64,000 nucleotides of DNA from the NCBI GenBank assembly GCA_021818925.1, contig JAKASU010000001.1:188035-252034 (forward strand), written 5' to 3'. Position numbers and translations under genes: made by a program. The notes under the pieces are model-generated. The model worked only from the letters and a program-made list of their open reading frames with translations, was not told the DNA's origin and did not search any database. This document shows positions 55,733-64,000 of this stretch, one piece after another (within the stretch, counting starts at the first letter, position 1; every line of letters starts with the position of its first letter). The DNA is from Candidatus Micrarchaeota archaeon. Lineage in GTDB: Archaea; Micrarchaeota; Micrarchaeia; Micrarchaeales; CABMGC01.

Positions 55733-56818
55733 ATGCAACCTCTTCTTGAGGCCTACCTTGGCTTCGTCTGCCTCGTGTTCCTCTTCCTGATCGCGCTTGA
55801 CGTCTCGGGAGTTGCAAGGAGGGAGACGGACAGCTGGAATACGAGAAAGGGCTATGCCCCAAAGACCCTGGTCATAATCCCGTGCAGAGGGGAGGAGCCG
55901 ATGCTATACGAGAACTTCATCGCGGCGAAGACCCAGAGCTACAGGAACTACAAGTTGCTCGCGGTGGTGGACAGGAACGACGGCGCCTACGGGATAGCGA
56001 GGAAGGCGAGGGTTGCCTGCCTGCAACCAAGCACGCGTTTCAAGAGATGCAGCGACAAGGTGCGACGTATCGCCAGCGCGATAGTTGCGTTTCGTGGCTA
56101 TGACGTGTACGTGATACTCGACTCCGATGAGAAGGTGGGTGAGAGGTGGCTCGAAGAGCTTCTCGCGCCTCTCTCCGATGCCCGTGTCGGGATCTCTGTA
56201 ATGTTTCCGGTGTTCAAACCAACGGATCGAGGATTCTGGTCCAGAATCAAGCAGGTGTGGGGCTTTGTCGGCCAGAGCCTGCTCGAGTCGCGAAGAACCC
56301 GGTTCGCGGCTGGAGGATCTATGGCCTTCAGGAAGGGCCTGCTCGACAGCGGCTCTTTCCGTTTCTTCACAAGCTCGAAGTACTCAATATCAGACGACAT
56401 AACGCTGAACCTCATAGTGAGGAAGAAAGGGCTGGAAGTGGCCTACAACGCGGACATGCACCCGATAACCTATGTGAGGGAGAACGCGGCCACGCTTTTC
56501 GAATGGGCAAACAGGCAGACGGCGCTCTCGATCTTCGCCAACAGGAAGATACTGTACTACGGCGTATGCTACTACTCCGCGGAGATACTGGTGCTCCTGA
56601 CTGGGATAGTGGGAACTTTTGCGGTGTCGCCGTTGCTTCTTCTGCTCCTGCTGCACGCGGCGAGCAGCGTGATGAAGAACGTGTCGAGGACAGGGGAGCC
56701 TAGCGCCGGCCTTGTGCTCATAAGCCTGATCATGCCCTTCTTCTACCTCTCCAACCTGCTCGTGGCGAGCACGATGAGGAGCATCACCTGGCGCGGGATA
56801 CGCTACAGCCTCAGGTAG
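55733..56818 (+). CDS. Membrane GT2 glycosyltransferase, ceramide glucosyltransferase/HpnI-like
   Basis: N-terminal TM, IIPCRG, LDSD, GGSMA, SDD, W..RQ and I.WRG..Y. Confidence 0.8.
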   Translation: MQPLLEAYLGFVCLVFLFLIALDVSGVARRETDSWNTRKGYAPKTLVIIPCRGEEPMLYENFIAAKTQSYRNYKLLAVVDRNDGAYGIARKARVACLQPSTRFKRCSDKVRRIASAIVAFRGYDVYVILDSDEKVGERWLEELLAPLSDARVGISVMFPVFKPTDRGFWSRIKQVWGFVGQSLLESRRTRFAAGGSMAFRKGLLDSGSFRFFTSSKYSISDDITLNLIVRKKGLEVAYNADMHPITYVRENAATLFEWANRQTALSIFANRKILYYGVCYYSAEILVLLTGIVGTFAVSPLLLLLLLHAASSVMKNVSRTGEPSAGLVLISLIMPFFYLSNLLVASTMRSITWRGIRYSLR

Positions 56819-56921
56819 CCTATATAAACCAGCGCAATCGTGCAACCGTTTAAAAAAGCGGCTAGTGACTTGTGATTCTTTATATACCTGACCGAAGATA
56901 AGCGTAGAGTATGGTGATCTA

Positions 56922-57341
56922 GTGTCAGCAGAGCGCGAGATCCGTTATGTCTTCAAGGTAGTCCCGCACCGCAAGCAGCGTTACGAGACGATAGGCGACT
57001 GGATTCCGGGGAGGCCGGCCCACGTGGTCGCCTCAAGGCTGAACAACAGCGACTACGAGTTCCTTGTGCTCCTTCACGAGATGGTGGAGCAGGAGCTGTG
57101 CAAGAAGCGCGGAATCAGCGACAGCGTGGTTGTAGCATTCGACAAGAAGTTTGAGCGCGAGAGGGCGCGCGGCCTGCACTCTCCTTACGCAGAGCCAGGC
57201 GGCAGCAGAAAGGCGCCGTACAGGCGCGAACACGCCTTCGCCACGAAAATTGAGAGGATGATGGCCAAGGAGATGGGGATTGGCTGGAAGAGGTATGTGC
57301 GCGCGGTGGCGAAGATCATGGCCAGCGACGCATCGAGGTAG
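56922..57341 (+). CDS. Hypothetical protein with HExxE and distal His
   Basis: GTG start after GGTGA; YETIGDW, LHEMVE, EPG and APY..EH.FAT.IER. Confidence 0.7.
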   Translation: MSAEREIRYVFKVVPHRKQRYETIGDWIPGRPAHVVASRLNNSDYEFLVLLHEMVEQELCKKRGISDSVVVAFDKKFERERARGLHSPYAEPGGSRKAPYRREHAFATKIERMMAKEMGIGWKRYVRAVAKIMASDASR

Positions 57342-57344
57342 GAT

Positions 57345-57806
57345 TCAACCGGCCTTGGCGGACTTGAGGAATGCTAGCACCTCCTCGTTGTGGTGCTCCG
57401 GCTTTACCTTCTCGAATATCTTTACAATGACACCCTTGCCGTCTATCACGAACGTCTTCCTGAGCGTGCCCATCCCGAAGATCCCCCTGTCACCGTAAGA
57501 ATCGAATGCCTTTATCACCTTGCTTTCCGGATCCGACAGCAGGAGGAAGTTGAGCTTGTACTTGTCCCTGAACTTCCCGTGCGAATCTACGTTGTCGCTG
57601 CTTATTCCGACAACCTCCGCTCCCGCCTTCCTGATGTCGCTTATCATGTCCCTGAATCCGCAGGCCTCTGTGGTGCATCCCGGGGTGTCGTCCTTCGGGT
57701 AGAAGTAGAGAACGAGATACCCGCCCTTGAACTCGCTGAGCTTGTGCGTCTTGCCGTCTGAACCCTTCAGTTCGAAGTCTGGGGCCTTTGAATTGATACC
57801 TATCAT
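57345..57806 (-). CDS. bcp: Peroxiredoxin Bcp/PrxQ
   Basis: APDF, YFYPKDDTPGCTTEAC, LLSD and R.TFVID. Confidence 0.96.
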   Translation of the reverse strand: MIGINSKAPDFELKGSDGKTHKLSEFKGGYLVLYFYPKDDTPGCTTEACGFRDMISDIRKAGAEVVGISSDNVDSHGKFRDKYKLNFLLLSDPESKVIKAFDSYGDRGIFGMGTLRKTFVIDGKGVIVKIFEKVKPEHHNEEVLAFLKSAKAG

Positions 57807-57876
57807 GTTATTCTGGGGTTATTACGCAAAAAAAGCTTATAAGTTAAAGCGTACAGTTAGGATACTGAGGGTTGCT

Positions 57877-58563
57877 TTGGTAAAGCTTTCTGACCTATTC
57901 AAGGGCTTGGGAAAGAAGGAACCGGCGTCCAATACGGTGATAACGAGCATAAGCATAGACTACCAGGGGGATAAGCACGGCCTTGACGGGATGAAGGTAA
58001 ACGAGAGCGTCTTCGAGATAAGCATCCCGTTCCAGAACAAGACAGGCAGCGACCTGCTTGATGACAGCCTGAAGAGGCCCGATCTGAGGATAGAGAGCGC
58101 GAGCGTCAGTAAGCCGTTCGAGCTGGTCGACGTGTCTCCAAAGCTTCCCGTAGCAGTGAAGTACAAAGAAGGCGTCACGATGAAGCTCAGGATAAGGGCC
58201 CCATCGGTGCCGTACACCGGTCCGATGAGCGTGTCACTCGGCGAGAAGTCCAGCGGAATGGTGCGCGTCCAGATACAGAAGATAATAGCGGTCAGGAACG
58301 GTGTGAAGACTGTGCTGGAGGAGATGCCGAGCGTGCTGAGCGTTCAGAAAGGCCAGGTGCTAAAGCGCGACGTGCAGCTCTACAAGATGATGAAGTACGG
58401 GGACAAGGTCAGCTCCATACGGGTGAGCCCTCCGTTCGTCATGTCGGGCAGCGAGCCGCCCGCCCCTTTCAGGATCGACAAGGAGAACAGCTTCATAATA
58501 AGCATATTCGTGCTGGCTCCACAGGACAGCTACGCCGGGCCGCTTGAGATAACTATCTCATAG
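57877..58563 (+). CDS. Hypothetical protein with two beta-rich repeats
   Basis: VSKPF..V...P.LP...AP...YTGP repeated as VSPPF......P.P...AP...YAGPL; TTG start inferred. Confidence 0.65.
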   Translation: MVKLSDLFKGLGKKEPASNTVITSISIDYQGDKHGLDGMKVNESVFEISIPFQNKTGSDLLDDSLKRPDLRIESASVSKPFELVDVSPKLPVAVKYKEGVTMKLRIRAPSVPYTGPMSVSLGEKSSGMVRVQIQKIIAVRNGVKTVLEEMPSVLSVQKGQVLKRDVQLYKMMKYGDKVSSIRVSPPFVMSGSEPPAPFRIDKENSFIISIFVLAPQDSYAGPLEITIS

Positions 58564-59127
58564 AGAGTTCCAGAGCGTCCAGAACTGCCGCTTGAGTGCG
58601 TCGACGGCCTTAGGGTCGACGACCTGCCTTATGCTCTCTATGTTCTTGTGCATGCCGGCGTATGTGAGGTTGGCCGATCCCTCTATCGCTTCGCTGTCGC
58701 CCACGTACATCTTCGCATGTACGAACTCCTGCGGTATTTTGAGGAAGATGCTGTTCCTGTGCGTGAGCGAGAGGAAGACAAGCGCCATCCCGATCGTCAC
58801 GGACGAGAAGGTGAAGAGAGGGTTCGAGGCGTTGAGCACGAAGAGGAGCCAGTTCACGGAAACTGTGATGAATGCTGCTGTGAACGAGCCGCCGAGCGAA
58901 TCATCCCTGCGCAGCTTCTTGGCCGCGGTGCTGGCTATAGAAGATGAGATTATGTATATCTTCTTACCGCGCGAATGCCTCGCTAGATAGGACGCGTAGT
59001 AGTCATCGATGTAGGGCGAGACTATCAGCAGGTCCCTGCTCTCCCTCAGCAGTCTGTCGACGTATTTGTACGCCCTTTTTCCGTAGTATGAACCTGGTCG
59101 CTCCTTGAATAGGCTTAATAAGCCCAT
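58558..59127 (-). CDS. Phospholipase D-like (single HKD) protein with hydrophobic hairpin
   Basis: IVSPYI, HAKMYVGD, GSANLT and N.E motifs. Confidence 0.85.
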   Translation of the reverse strand: MGLLSLFKERPGSYYGKRAYKYVDRLLRESRDLLIVSPYIDDYYASYLARHSRGKKIYIISSSIASTAAKKLRRDDSLGGSFTAAFITVSVNWLLFVLNASNPLFTFSSVTIGMALVFLSLTHRNSIFLKIPQEFVHAKMYVGDSEAIEGSANLTYAGMHKNIESIRQVVDPKAVDALKRQFWTLWNSL

Positions 59128-59162
59128 GATTATATTAGGTACGAGAAGGAATAAATGGTTTT

Positions 59163-59903
59163 ATGGCCAGCACACAGAAGCTAGACATCATAATGAGACG
59201 CAGAACGCACCACATTGAGAAGCATTCGCGCCCGACGCTGCTTTCCAACTTCATACTGGGTTGCCAGGACGGGCTTGTGAACGTGCTGGGAATAATACTA
59301 GGGGTCAGCGCGGCGACAAGCGAGGTGCGCATCATATTCGTTGCGGCGCTTGCCGCGCTCGCGGCAGAATCAATTTCCATGGGAGCCGTGTCATACACAT
59401 CAACCATCGCGAGAAGGAAGCACTACCTAAGGGAGCTCGAACGTGAGAAGATGGAGATGAGAACCGTGCCTGAAACTGAGAGGAAGGAGGTCGAGGACAT
59501 CTTTAGGAAGTGGGGCTACAGGGGCGTCGCGCTGAAGGACGTAACCGACAAGATAGTCGCAAACCCGAAGGCGTGGCTTGAGTTCATGATGGCGCACGAG
59601 CTGGACCTCGAGCCCGTGGAGAAGTCAGCTGCATTGCAGAGCGCGTGGGTCGTCGGGGCCTCTTCGGTTGTGGGCTCGATAGTGCCGCTGATCCCGTTCT
59701 TCTTCATCGCAGGCAGCATGGCTCTCGGCACCGAGGCATCAATAGTCATAAGCGGAGTGACGCTGTTCGTCATAGGCGCGTACGAGGCGAGGACAACCGT
59801 CGGGTCCATATGGAGGAGCGGGCTGCAGATGGCCGTCATCGGCCTTATTGCGGGCCTTGCGGGCTACGCCATAGGCAGTCTGCTGGGAGCAGCGCCCGTA
59901 TGA
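59163..59903 (+). CDS. VIT1/CCC1 iron/manganese transporter
   Basis: ILG.QDGLV, SMG...Y, ERE..E....P..E..E and FMM..EL. Confidence 0.93.
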   Translation: MASTQKLDIIMRRRTHHIEKHSRPTLLSNFILGCQDGLVNVLGIILGVSAATSEVRIIFVAALAALAAESISMGAVSYTSTIARRKHYLRELEREKMEMRTVPETERKEVEDIFRKWGYRGVALKDVTDKIVANPKAWLEFMMAHELDLEPVEKSAALQSAWVVGASSVVGSIVPLIPFFFIAGSMALGTEASIVISGVTLFVIGAYEARTTVGSIWRSGLQMAVIGLIAGLAGYAIGSLLGAAPV

Positions 59904-60103
59904 CGCTCCGAAAAGCAATAAGGATATTGCTTGAGGCGATAAAGATTATTTCAGAAACGGGGATTGATGGGTATGACGCAATTCATGTGGCAACCATGAA
60001 AATGGAACGTATAAGCACAGTCATCATTGAGAATTACAAGGATTTCAAAAAGGTAAGATGGCTAAATATCATAAGACCATTGGATTACTCACGCAAACTC
60101 TAA
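59900..60103 (+). pseudogene. C-terminal half of a PIN/VapC toxin
   Basis: DAIHVATM...I...N.KDF.K pattern without the N-terminal Asp strand; AT-rich. Confidence 0.65.
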
Positions 60104-60184
60104 CAAGATCAGACTATGAACAAACAACCAGTAGTCTGGCCGGGGCTGCTTCGAATCAATGTACGTCGATTAACCCCACCGAAC

Positions 60185-60209
60185 TAACCTATAGGCGAAA
60201 AATAGGTTA
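60185..60209. promoter_or_regulatory. Inverted repeat overlapping the TATA box of the Lrp-like gene
   Basis: TAACCTAT-N9-ATAGGTTA adjoining TTATAA 60207-60212. Confidence 0.45.
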
Positions 60210-60227
60210 TAAGAATATTTGTTGCAT

Positions 60228-61385
60228 ATGAGTTTGGGAGAGAGCTTGGAGGCGAAGGGCAAGGCGGAACTGAAGAGCAGGATACTGAGGCTTCTCAGCG
60301 TCGACGCCAGGATAAGCATGCAGGACCTTGCAAACGACCTGAAGACCACCAAGGTCAACGCCTACAACCTTTTCAACGAGGTATCGAACGAGTACGGCAT
60401 GAGGTTCGTGCCAGAGATAAGCATAGACAAGCTCTGGAAATGGGAGTTCATCAAGAGAGCCAGGCTCAGGACGAAACGCGGCATACTCGCCGAGGCGGTG
60501 GAGGAGCTGCCCCTGACGGGTTTTGGCGAATACCTTGTATTCATCAAGTTCTCCGGAAAGAAACCGGATGACGCTGAAATAGTAAAGGCGATGGGAACGT
60601 CATATGCGGCGCAGTTCGCTGCGAGGACCAGGGGCGAGTACGACCTTGTGATCTACGTCGTGGAGAGGAGCTACGAGGATGCGGTAAGGTTCACTGACAT
60701 GCTGAGCAGGAACCTGGGCAAATACAAGATGCTGGCGTACACGAGCAGGGTCTGGGGAAGCTTCGGCTTCTTCCCGCTCAACAACAAGCTCATTGAGCAG
60801 TTCGACATATTCGACACCTACAAGAACCTGCTCTTCGGCCTCAACGACGGCGGCAGGAGCACGTTCACCGAGATAGGCAAGCGCTACAGCCAGGGGCCTG
60901 CGCAGATGCTGTATGCGTATGACAGGCTCGCTCGAACAGAGATACTGAAGCGCGTCACCTATTTTGAGTCGAGGCCTGGCAACAGTTTCTCCATCGTCGC
61001 AATCGTGAAGACCCAGAGCGAGAACCAGTTCGACGAATCGAAGGACAGGTGGTTCGCGAGCCTGGTCAGGAATTACGACAAGAATACAAACGAGTGCATC
61101 TTCATGTGCGACACGCCCACGCCGAAGGGGATGGTTGTAGTGGGCAGCTTCGCGAACAAGAGCGCTGCGGACAGGTTCCTGTCGGCGATGAAATCGGGCC
61201 TGAAGGGCGCGCAGGTTGGGAGCATGCAGATCTTGAAGGTGATTGTAGGAAGCCTGGGAGTGCGGGACTTCGACATGCGCTACGCACCGCAGTACAAGCA
61301 CCTGGAAAGGAAGAAGATGGTGCCGGCCCTGGCTCGGAAAGGGGTTGAAGCCCCGGTGGAAGACCCGAACGCTTTAGATCGGTGA
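60228..61385 (+). CDS. Double-domain Lrp/AsnC-like transcription regulator
   Basis: IL.LL..DAR.S..DLA..L HTH, GEYD RAM motif and second HTH L...GR..FTEIG. Confidence 0.8.
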   Translation: MSLGESLEAKGKAELKSRILRLLSVDARISMQDLANDLKTTKVNAYNLFNEVSNEYGMRFVPEISIDKLWKWEFIKRARLRTKRGILAEAVEELPLTGFGEYLVFIKFSGKKPDDAEIVKAMGTSYAAQFAARTRGEYDLVIYVVERSYEDAVRFTDMLSRNLGKYKMLAYTSRVWGSFGFFPLNNKLIEQFDIFDTYKNLLFGLNDGGRSTFTEIGKRYSQGPAQMLYAYDRLARTEILKRVTYFESRPGNSFSIVAIVKTQSENQFDESKDRWFASLVRNYDKNTNECIFMCDTPTPKGMVVVGSFANKSAADRFLSAMKSGLKGAQVGSMQILKVIVGSLGVRDFDMRYAPQYKHLERKKMVPALARKGVEAPVEDPNALDR

Positions 61386-61784
61386 CCTGAGCGGTATTAC
61401 TTTCACAGCCGCCACTTTTTTGAAGTCCTTTACGTTATCGGTGAGCACGCTCGCACCCAAATCGATTGCTTGCTGCGCTATAAGCGCGTCGTTTATCCTG
61501 ATCCCAAAATCTCGGGAAAGCGCCATCGCTTTTACTATGGAAGCGGGAGAAAACTCAAGGTAGTCCATGTCGGGAGAGGTGAGAAATCGCGAGATTCTCG
61601 TTGTCGCCTCTACGGCGCCGAGGAACTTCTGCAGCGAATGAAATACTTCAGAGACTATGATTGCATTAATCCCAACTCTTCCCTGATTAACGGCGTCTTT
61701 GATCTTCTCTACGGCCCTCGCGTGTTCGGGCGCGCTAGCCCCCTCTGAAAAAATGTGAATGTTGGAGTCTATTATAATCATCAT
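61374..61784 (-). CDS. vapC: VapC PIN-domain toxin
   Basis: IIDSNI, SE, NDALIA and LTDN.KDF motifs. Confidence 0.92.
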   Translation of the reverse strand: MMIIIDSNIHIFSEGASAPEHARAVEKIKDAVNQGRVGINAIIVSEVFHSLQKFLGAVEATTRISRFLTSPDMDYLEFSPASIVKAMALSRDFGIRINDALIAQQAIDLGASVLTDNVKDFKKVAAVKVIPLRSPI

Positions 61785-62032
61785 TCCCACTGCTCTTCTC
61801 CGATCTTCTCGAGCAACTCGGTCGTGATGGGAAAGTCTGTACGAAATGGTCTTTCAATCATGTCTTTGAACCACGGACTCATGCGGCTGCCCTTCTTCGG
61901 TTTGCTTATCACTATCCTGCCATTTTCAAAGATCACAGTAACGGCTTCCTTGCTCCTGGCGCCGAAGGCGTCGCTAACTCTCTTTGGTATCCTGATTCTC
62001 ATCTTCTGGTCTATGACAGCCGTTTCCTCCAT
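61781..62032 (-). CDS. AbrB/MazE-like antitoxin
   Basis: ID.K.RI.IPK.V...G...E.G.IVI; ATGA overlap with vapC. Confidence 0.88.
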   Translation of the reverse strand: MEETAVIDQKMRIRIPKRVSDAFGARSKEAVTVIFENGRIVISKPKKGSRMSPWFKDMIERPFRTDFPITTELLEKIGEEQWE

Positions 62033-62033
62033 A

Positions 62034-62056
62034 ATTCCCACAAATATAGTGGGAAT
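62034..62056. promoter_or_regulatory. Inverted repeat, probable operator of the AbrB-VapC locus
   Basis: ATTCCCAC-N7-GTGGGAAT between the TTTATATA box and the ATG. Confidence 0.65.
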
Positions 62057-62124
62057 ATACATATATAAACTTTTCTGTATGTGAGTAAAACTGCGTCGAA
62101 GTAAAATTCGGGCAGGTGTATGTG

Positions 62125-63537
62125 CTATTCAAGCTTGCCCTGCTCCTTGGTGTAGAGTATCAGCTCCGGGTGCCTTCTCGGCATCGGGTTGGCCCTTATG
62201 CCGTATATGGCCTTTATGCCCTTGTCGAGCGACAGCTCCACAAGCCTCTGGGTTATCACTCCGTCAAGCACCAGTGCGTAGGCGCCGCGCATGTCCTGCA
62301 GAGTGGTGAGGAGCTCGCGTATCGGCACCTCCCTGATCACTTCGCCGTCAGGCGAGTATATCCTGCTCCTCAGCGAGCCCGAAAGCTCGACAAGGCCGTT
62401 GGCCAGCTGCGCCAGGAGCGCGCTTTCGAGTATCGGCTTGACCTGGGCTCCGGCGTTGCCCGAGAACGTTTGCGCGGTATCTATCTTCTGCAGCGAAGGC
62501 GTCGGTTCCTCGTCGTCGTTTCTCAGGTCCTTTATGTACGGTTTGTCAACCTGCTCGAACATCTCGTCCCCCGCACCCTGGTCCGGCCTGGGCGTCTGAG
62601 GCGGCGGTTGGTGCATCGGCGCCTGCTCGTGCTGTGTCGTGTGCTGATCCCTCGCGCCCCTCGGGTCGTGCCTGTCGTTGCGGTGCGAGTTCATCTTCGC
62701 CTTCTCGATGCCGAGGTACTGCTCTATCGGCATCATGGTCCTGAGCGCCTTGATCACTTCCTTCCTCGCGAGCTCCTCAACCTCCTTTCCGTCAGGAGCG
62801 CGTGCGACAAAGTCTATGTCGAGGACGTTTAGCAGCGACCTTATCACCATCTCGCCTCCCCTGTCGCCGTCGACAAAAACAATCACCTCCTTCTCCGACG
62901 CAAGGTTGACTATCGTCTTTGGTATGTTTGATGTGGCTCCGCCTATCGCTATGGAGTTGGTTATGTTGTTCCTCAGCAGGTTTATCACGTCGGCCCTGCC
63001 CTCAACGAAGATCACCTCGTTGGCCTTCGCTATGTCAGGTCCAGCGGGCAGCTTGTCCGGCCCGTACTCCACGATCTCGCTGCTCTTTACCTCGCTCTGC
63101 ACAAGCTCGGAAAGCTCCTTGCTGTCAGGTATCTCGGTTGAGAGAAGCTGCTTCATGAGAAACTTTGCGCGGTCGAGTATCTTCCTGCGCTTCTCCGCTC
63201 TCGTGTCCTCAACCTTGTCGACCTGGAACTGCGCCTCGAAGGGCCCCACACGGTCCACAGATTCGACTGCGGCCGCGAGTATGCACGTCTCGACCCTGTC
63301 GAGCGACGCTGGCAGGAAGAGCTTGCCGTAGGTCTTGCTCCCGCTCTGCGAGACGTCTATCTCTATCCTTCCTATCTTGCCGCTCTTCTGCAGCTCCCTG
63401 AGGTCGAGCTCGTCGCCCAGAAGCCCCTCGGTCTGCCCGAACACGGCGCCTATTATGTCAGGCTTGTCAACAAGCCCGTCTATGCTGAACTTAGCCAGCA
63501 CCATATACTTTACAATGTCCAAATATGTTTTTGCCAT
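62125..63537 (-). CDS. dnaG: Archaeal DnaG (exosome-associated primase-like protein)
   Basis: KPD..GA.FGQTEGLLG..LDLRELQ..G.IGRI, VEGRADV, DGDRGG and DG.ITQRL; SD GAGGTG. Confidence 0.96.
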   Translation of the reverse strand: MAKTYLDIVKYMVLAKFSIDGLVDKPDIIGAVFGQTEGLLGDELDLRELQKSGKIGRIEIDVSQSGSKTYGKLFLPASLDRVETCILAAAVESVDRVGPFEAQFQVDKVEDTRAEKRRKILDRAKFLMKQLLSTEIPDSKELSELVQSEVKSSEIVEYGPDKLPAGPDIAKANEVIFVEGRADVINLLRNNITNSIAIGGATSNIPKTIVNLASEKEVIVFVDGDRGGEMVIRSLLNVLDIDFVARAPDGKEVEELARKEVIKALRTMMPIEQYLGIEKAKMNSHRNDRHDPRGARDQHTTQHEQAPMHQPPPQTPRPDQGAGDEMFEQVDKPYIKDLRNDDEEPTPSLQKIDTAQTFSGNAGAQVKPILESALLAQLANGLVELSGSLRSRIYSPDGEVIREVPIRELLTTLQDMRGAYALVLDGVITQRLVELSLDKGIKAIYGIRANPMPRRHPELILYTKEQGKLE

Positions 63538-63947
63538 CAAAATACACCTCTTGTCCTGTCCTCGATCTCCAGCTCGGCCCTTCTCATAAGGTCCGCGGCC
63601 GGCTTCCTCATCTCCTCCACGCACCTGACCCCAACTATCCTGAGCATTCTTGGAACCACAGTGGTATTGATCCTGGTGCCCGGATGCCTCTCCCGCAGGC
63701 AGATCAGCGCCTTCCTCTCCTTCTCCTCCCCTCCCCTGTCCAGATCCATGCCCACGTATGCTACCTTGCCGCTGAGGTCTATCCCGTTTGCCAAAAGCTT
63801 GGAGAGCGTTATGCTCTCAACCCCGAAATCGCTCCACGTTGAGGTATCGTGGTTGCCTTCCGAGACTGTTGTGCTCCTCTTGTCCCTCAGAACCTCCAGC
63901 AGGTGCATGAACTGCCTGGCGTTTGCTTGATCCTTGTTTCGCTGCAT
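63537..63947 (-). CDS. Small TOPRIM-domain protein
   Basis: SEG..D and D.DRGG motifs; coupled to dnaG. Confidence 0.7.
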   Translation of the reverse strand: MQRNKDQANARQFMHLLEVLRDKRSTTVSEGNHDTSTWSDFGVESITLSKLLANGIDLSGKVAYVGMDLDRGGEEKERKALICLRERHPGTRINTTVVPRMLRIVGVRCVEEMRKPAADLMRRAELEIEDRTRGVF

Positions 63948-64000
63948 CTCTTACACTGCGCAGCTGCGGCTAATAGAATTAGTATGCCTTGGCTATTTTC

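Noticed and set aside
63524-63550. dnaG and rpl7ae share TATGTTTTTGCCAT and ACACCTC
   Set aside because: Explained by the same N-terminal MAKTY and a common SD sequence.
1-64000. CRISPR array, integrase, transposase or provirus
   Set aside because: No regularly spaced repeats and no recognisable recombinase, transposase or capsid motifs seen by eye.

Overview
A gene-dense archaeal chromosome segment. The divergent housekeeping proteins and fragmented ribosomal operons suggest a DPANN lineage such as Micrarchaeota; this is inference, not a database result. Core content: TrpRS, CysRS, PheRS alpha/beta, SerRS, aEF-2, aRF1, ribosomal proteins, Rpo6, RFC-L, Hef, SMC, DnaG, two histones, lipid and glycosylation enzymes, five tRNAs and an unannotated compact RNase P RNA (29181-29415, minus). 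No CRISPR array, integrase or transposase was seen. The main unexplained pattern is a set of tiny (0.6-3 kb) integrase-free cargo cassettes, each closed by an eroded copy of the host sequence at its insertion site: AbiE at tRNA-Phe, a membrane orphan at tRNA-Gly, VapBC at tRNA-Glu, and orphans plus AbiE at the geranylgeranyl-reductase 3' end. The clearest case is the fusA-rpl7ae junction, where a GH15 gene and a tandem NDT-like gene are stacked around a dead rpl7ae::fusA chimeric scar whose fusA part differs from resident fusA only at synonymous sites. Other oddities: tRNA-Gly(TCC) with C33, a probable CTG start codon, aEF-2 with altered GTPase motifs and an enlarged HMG-CoA synthase.
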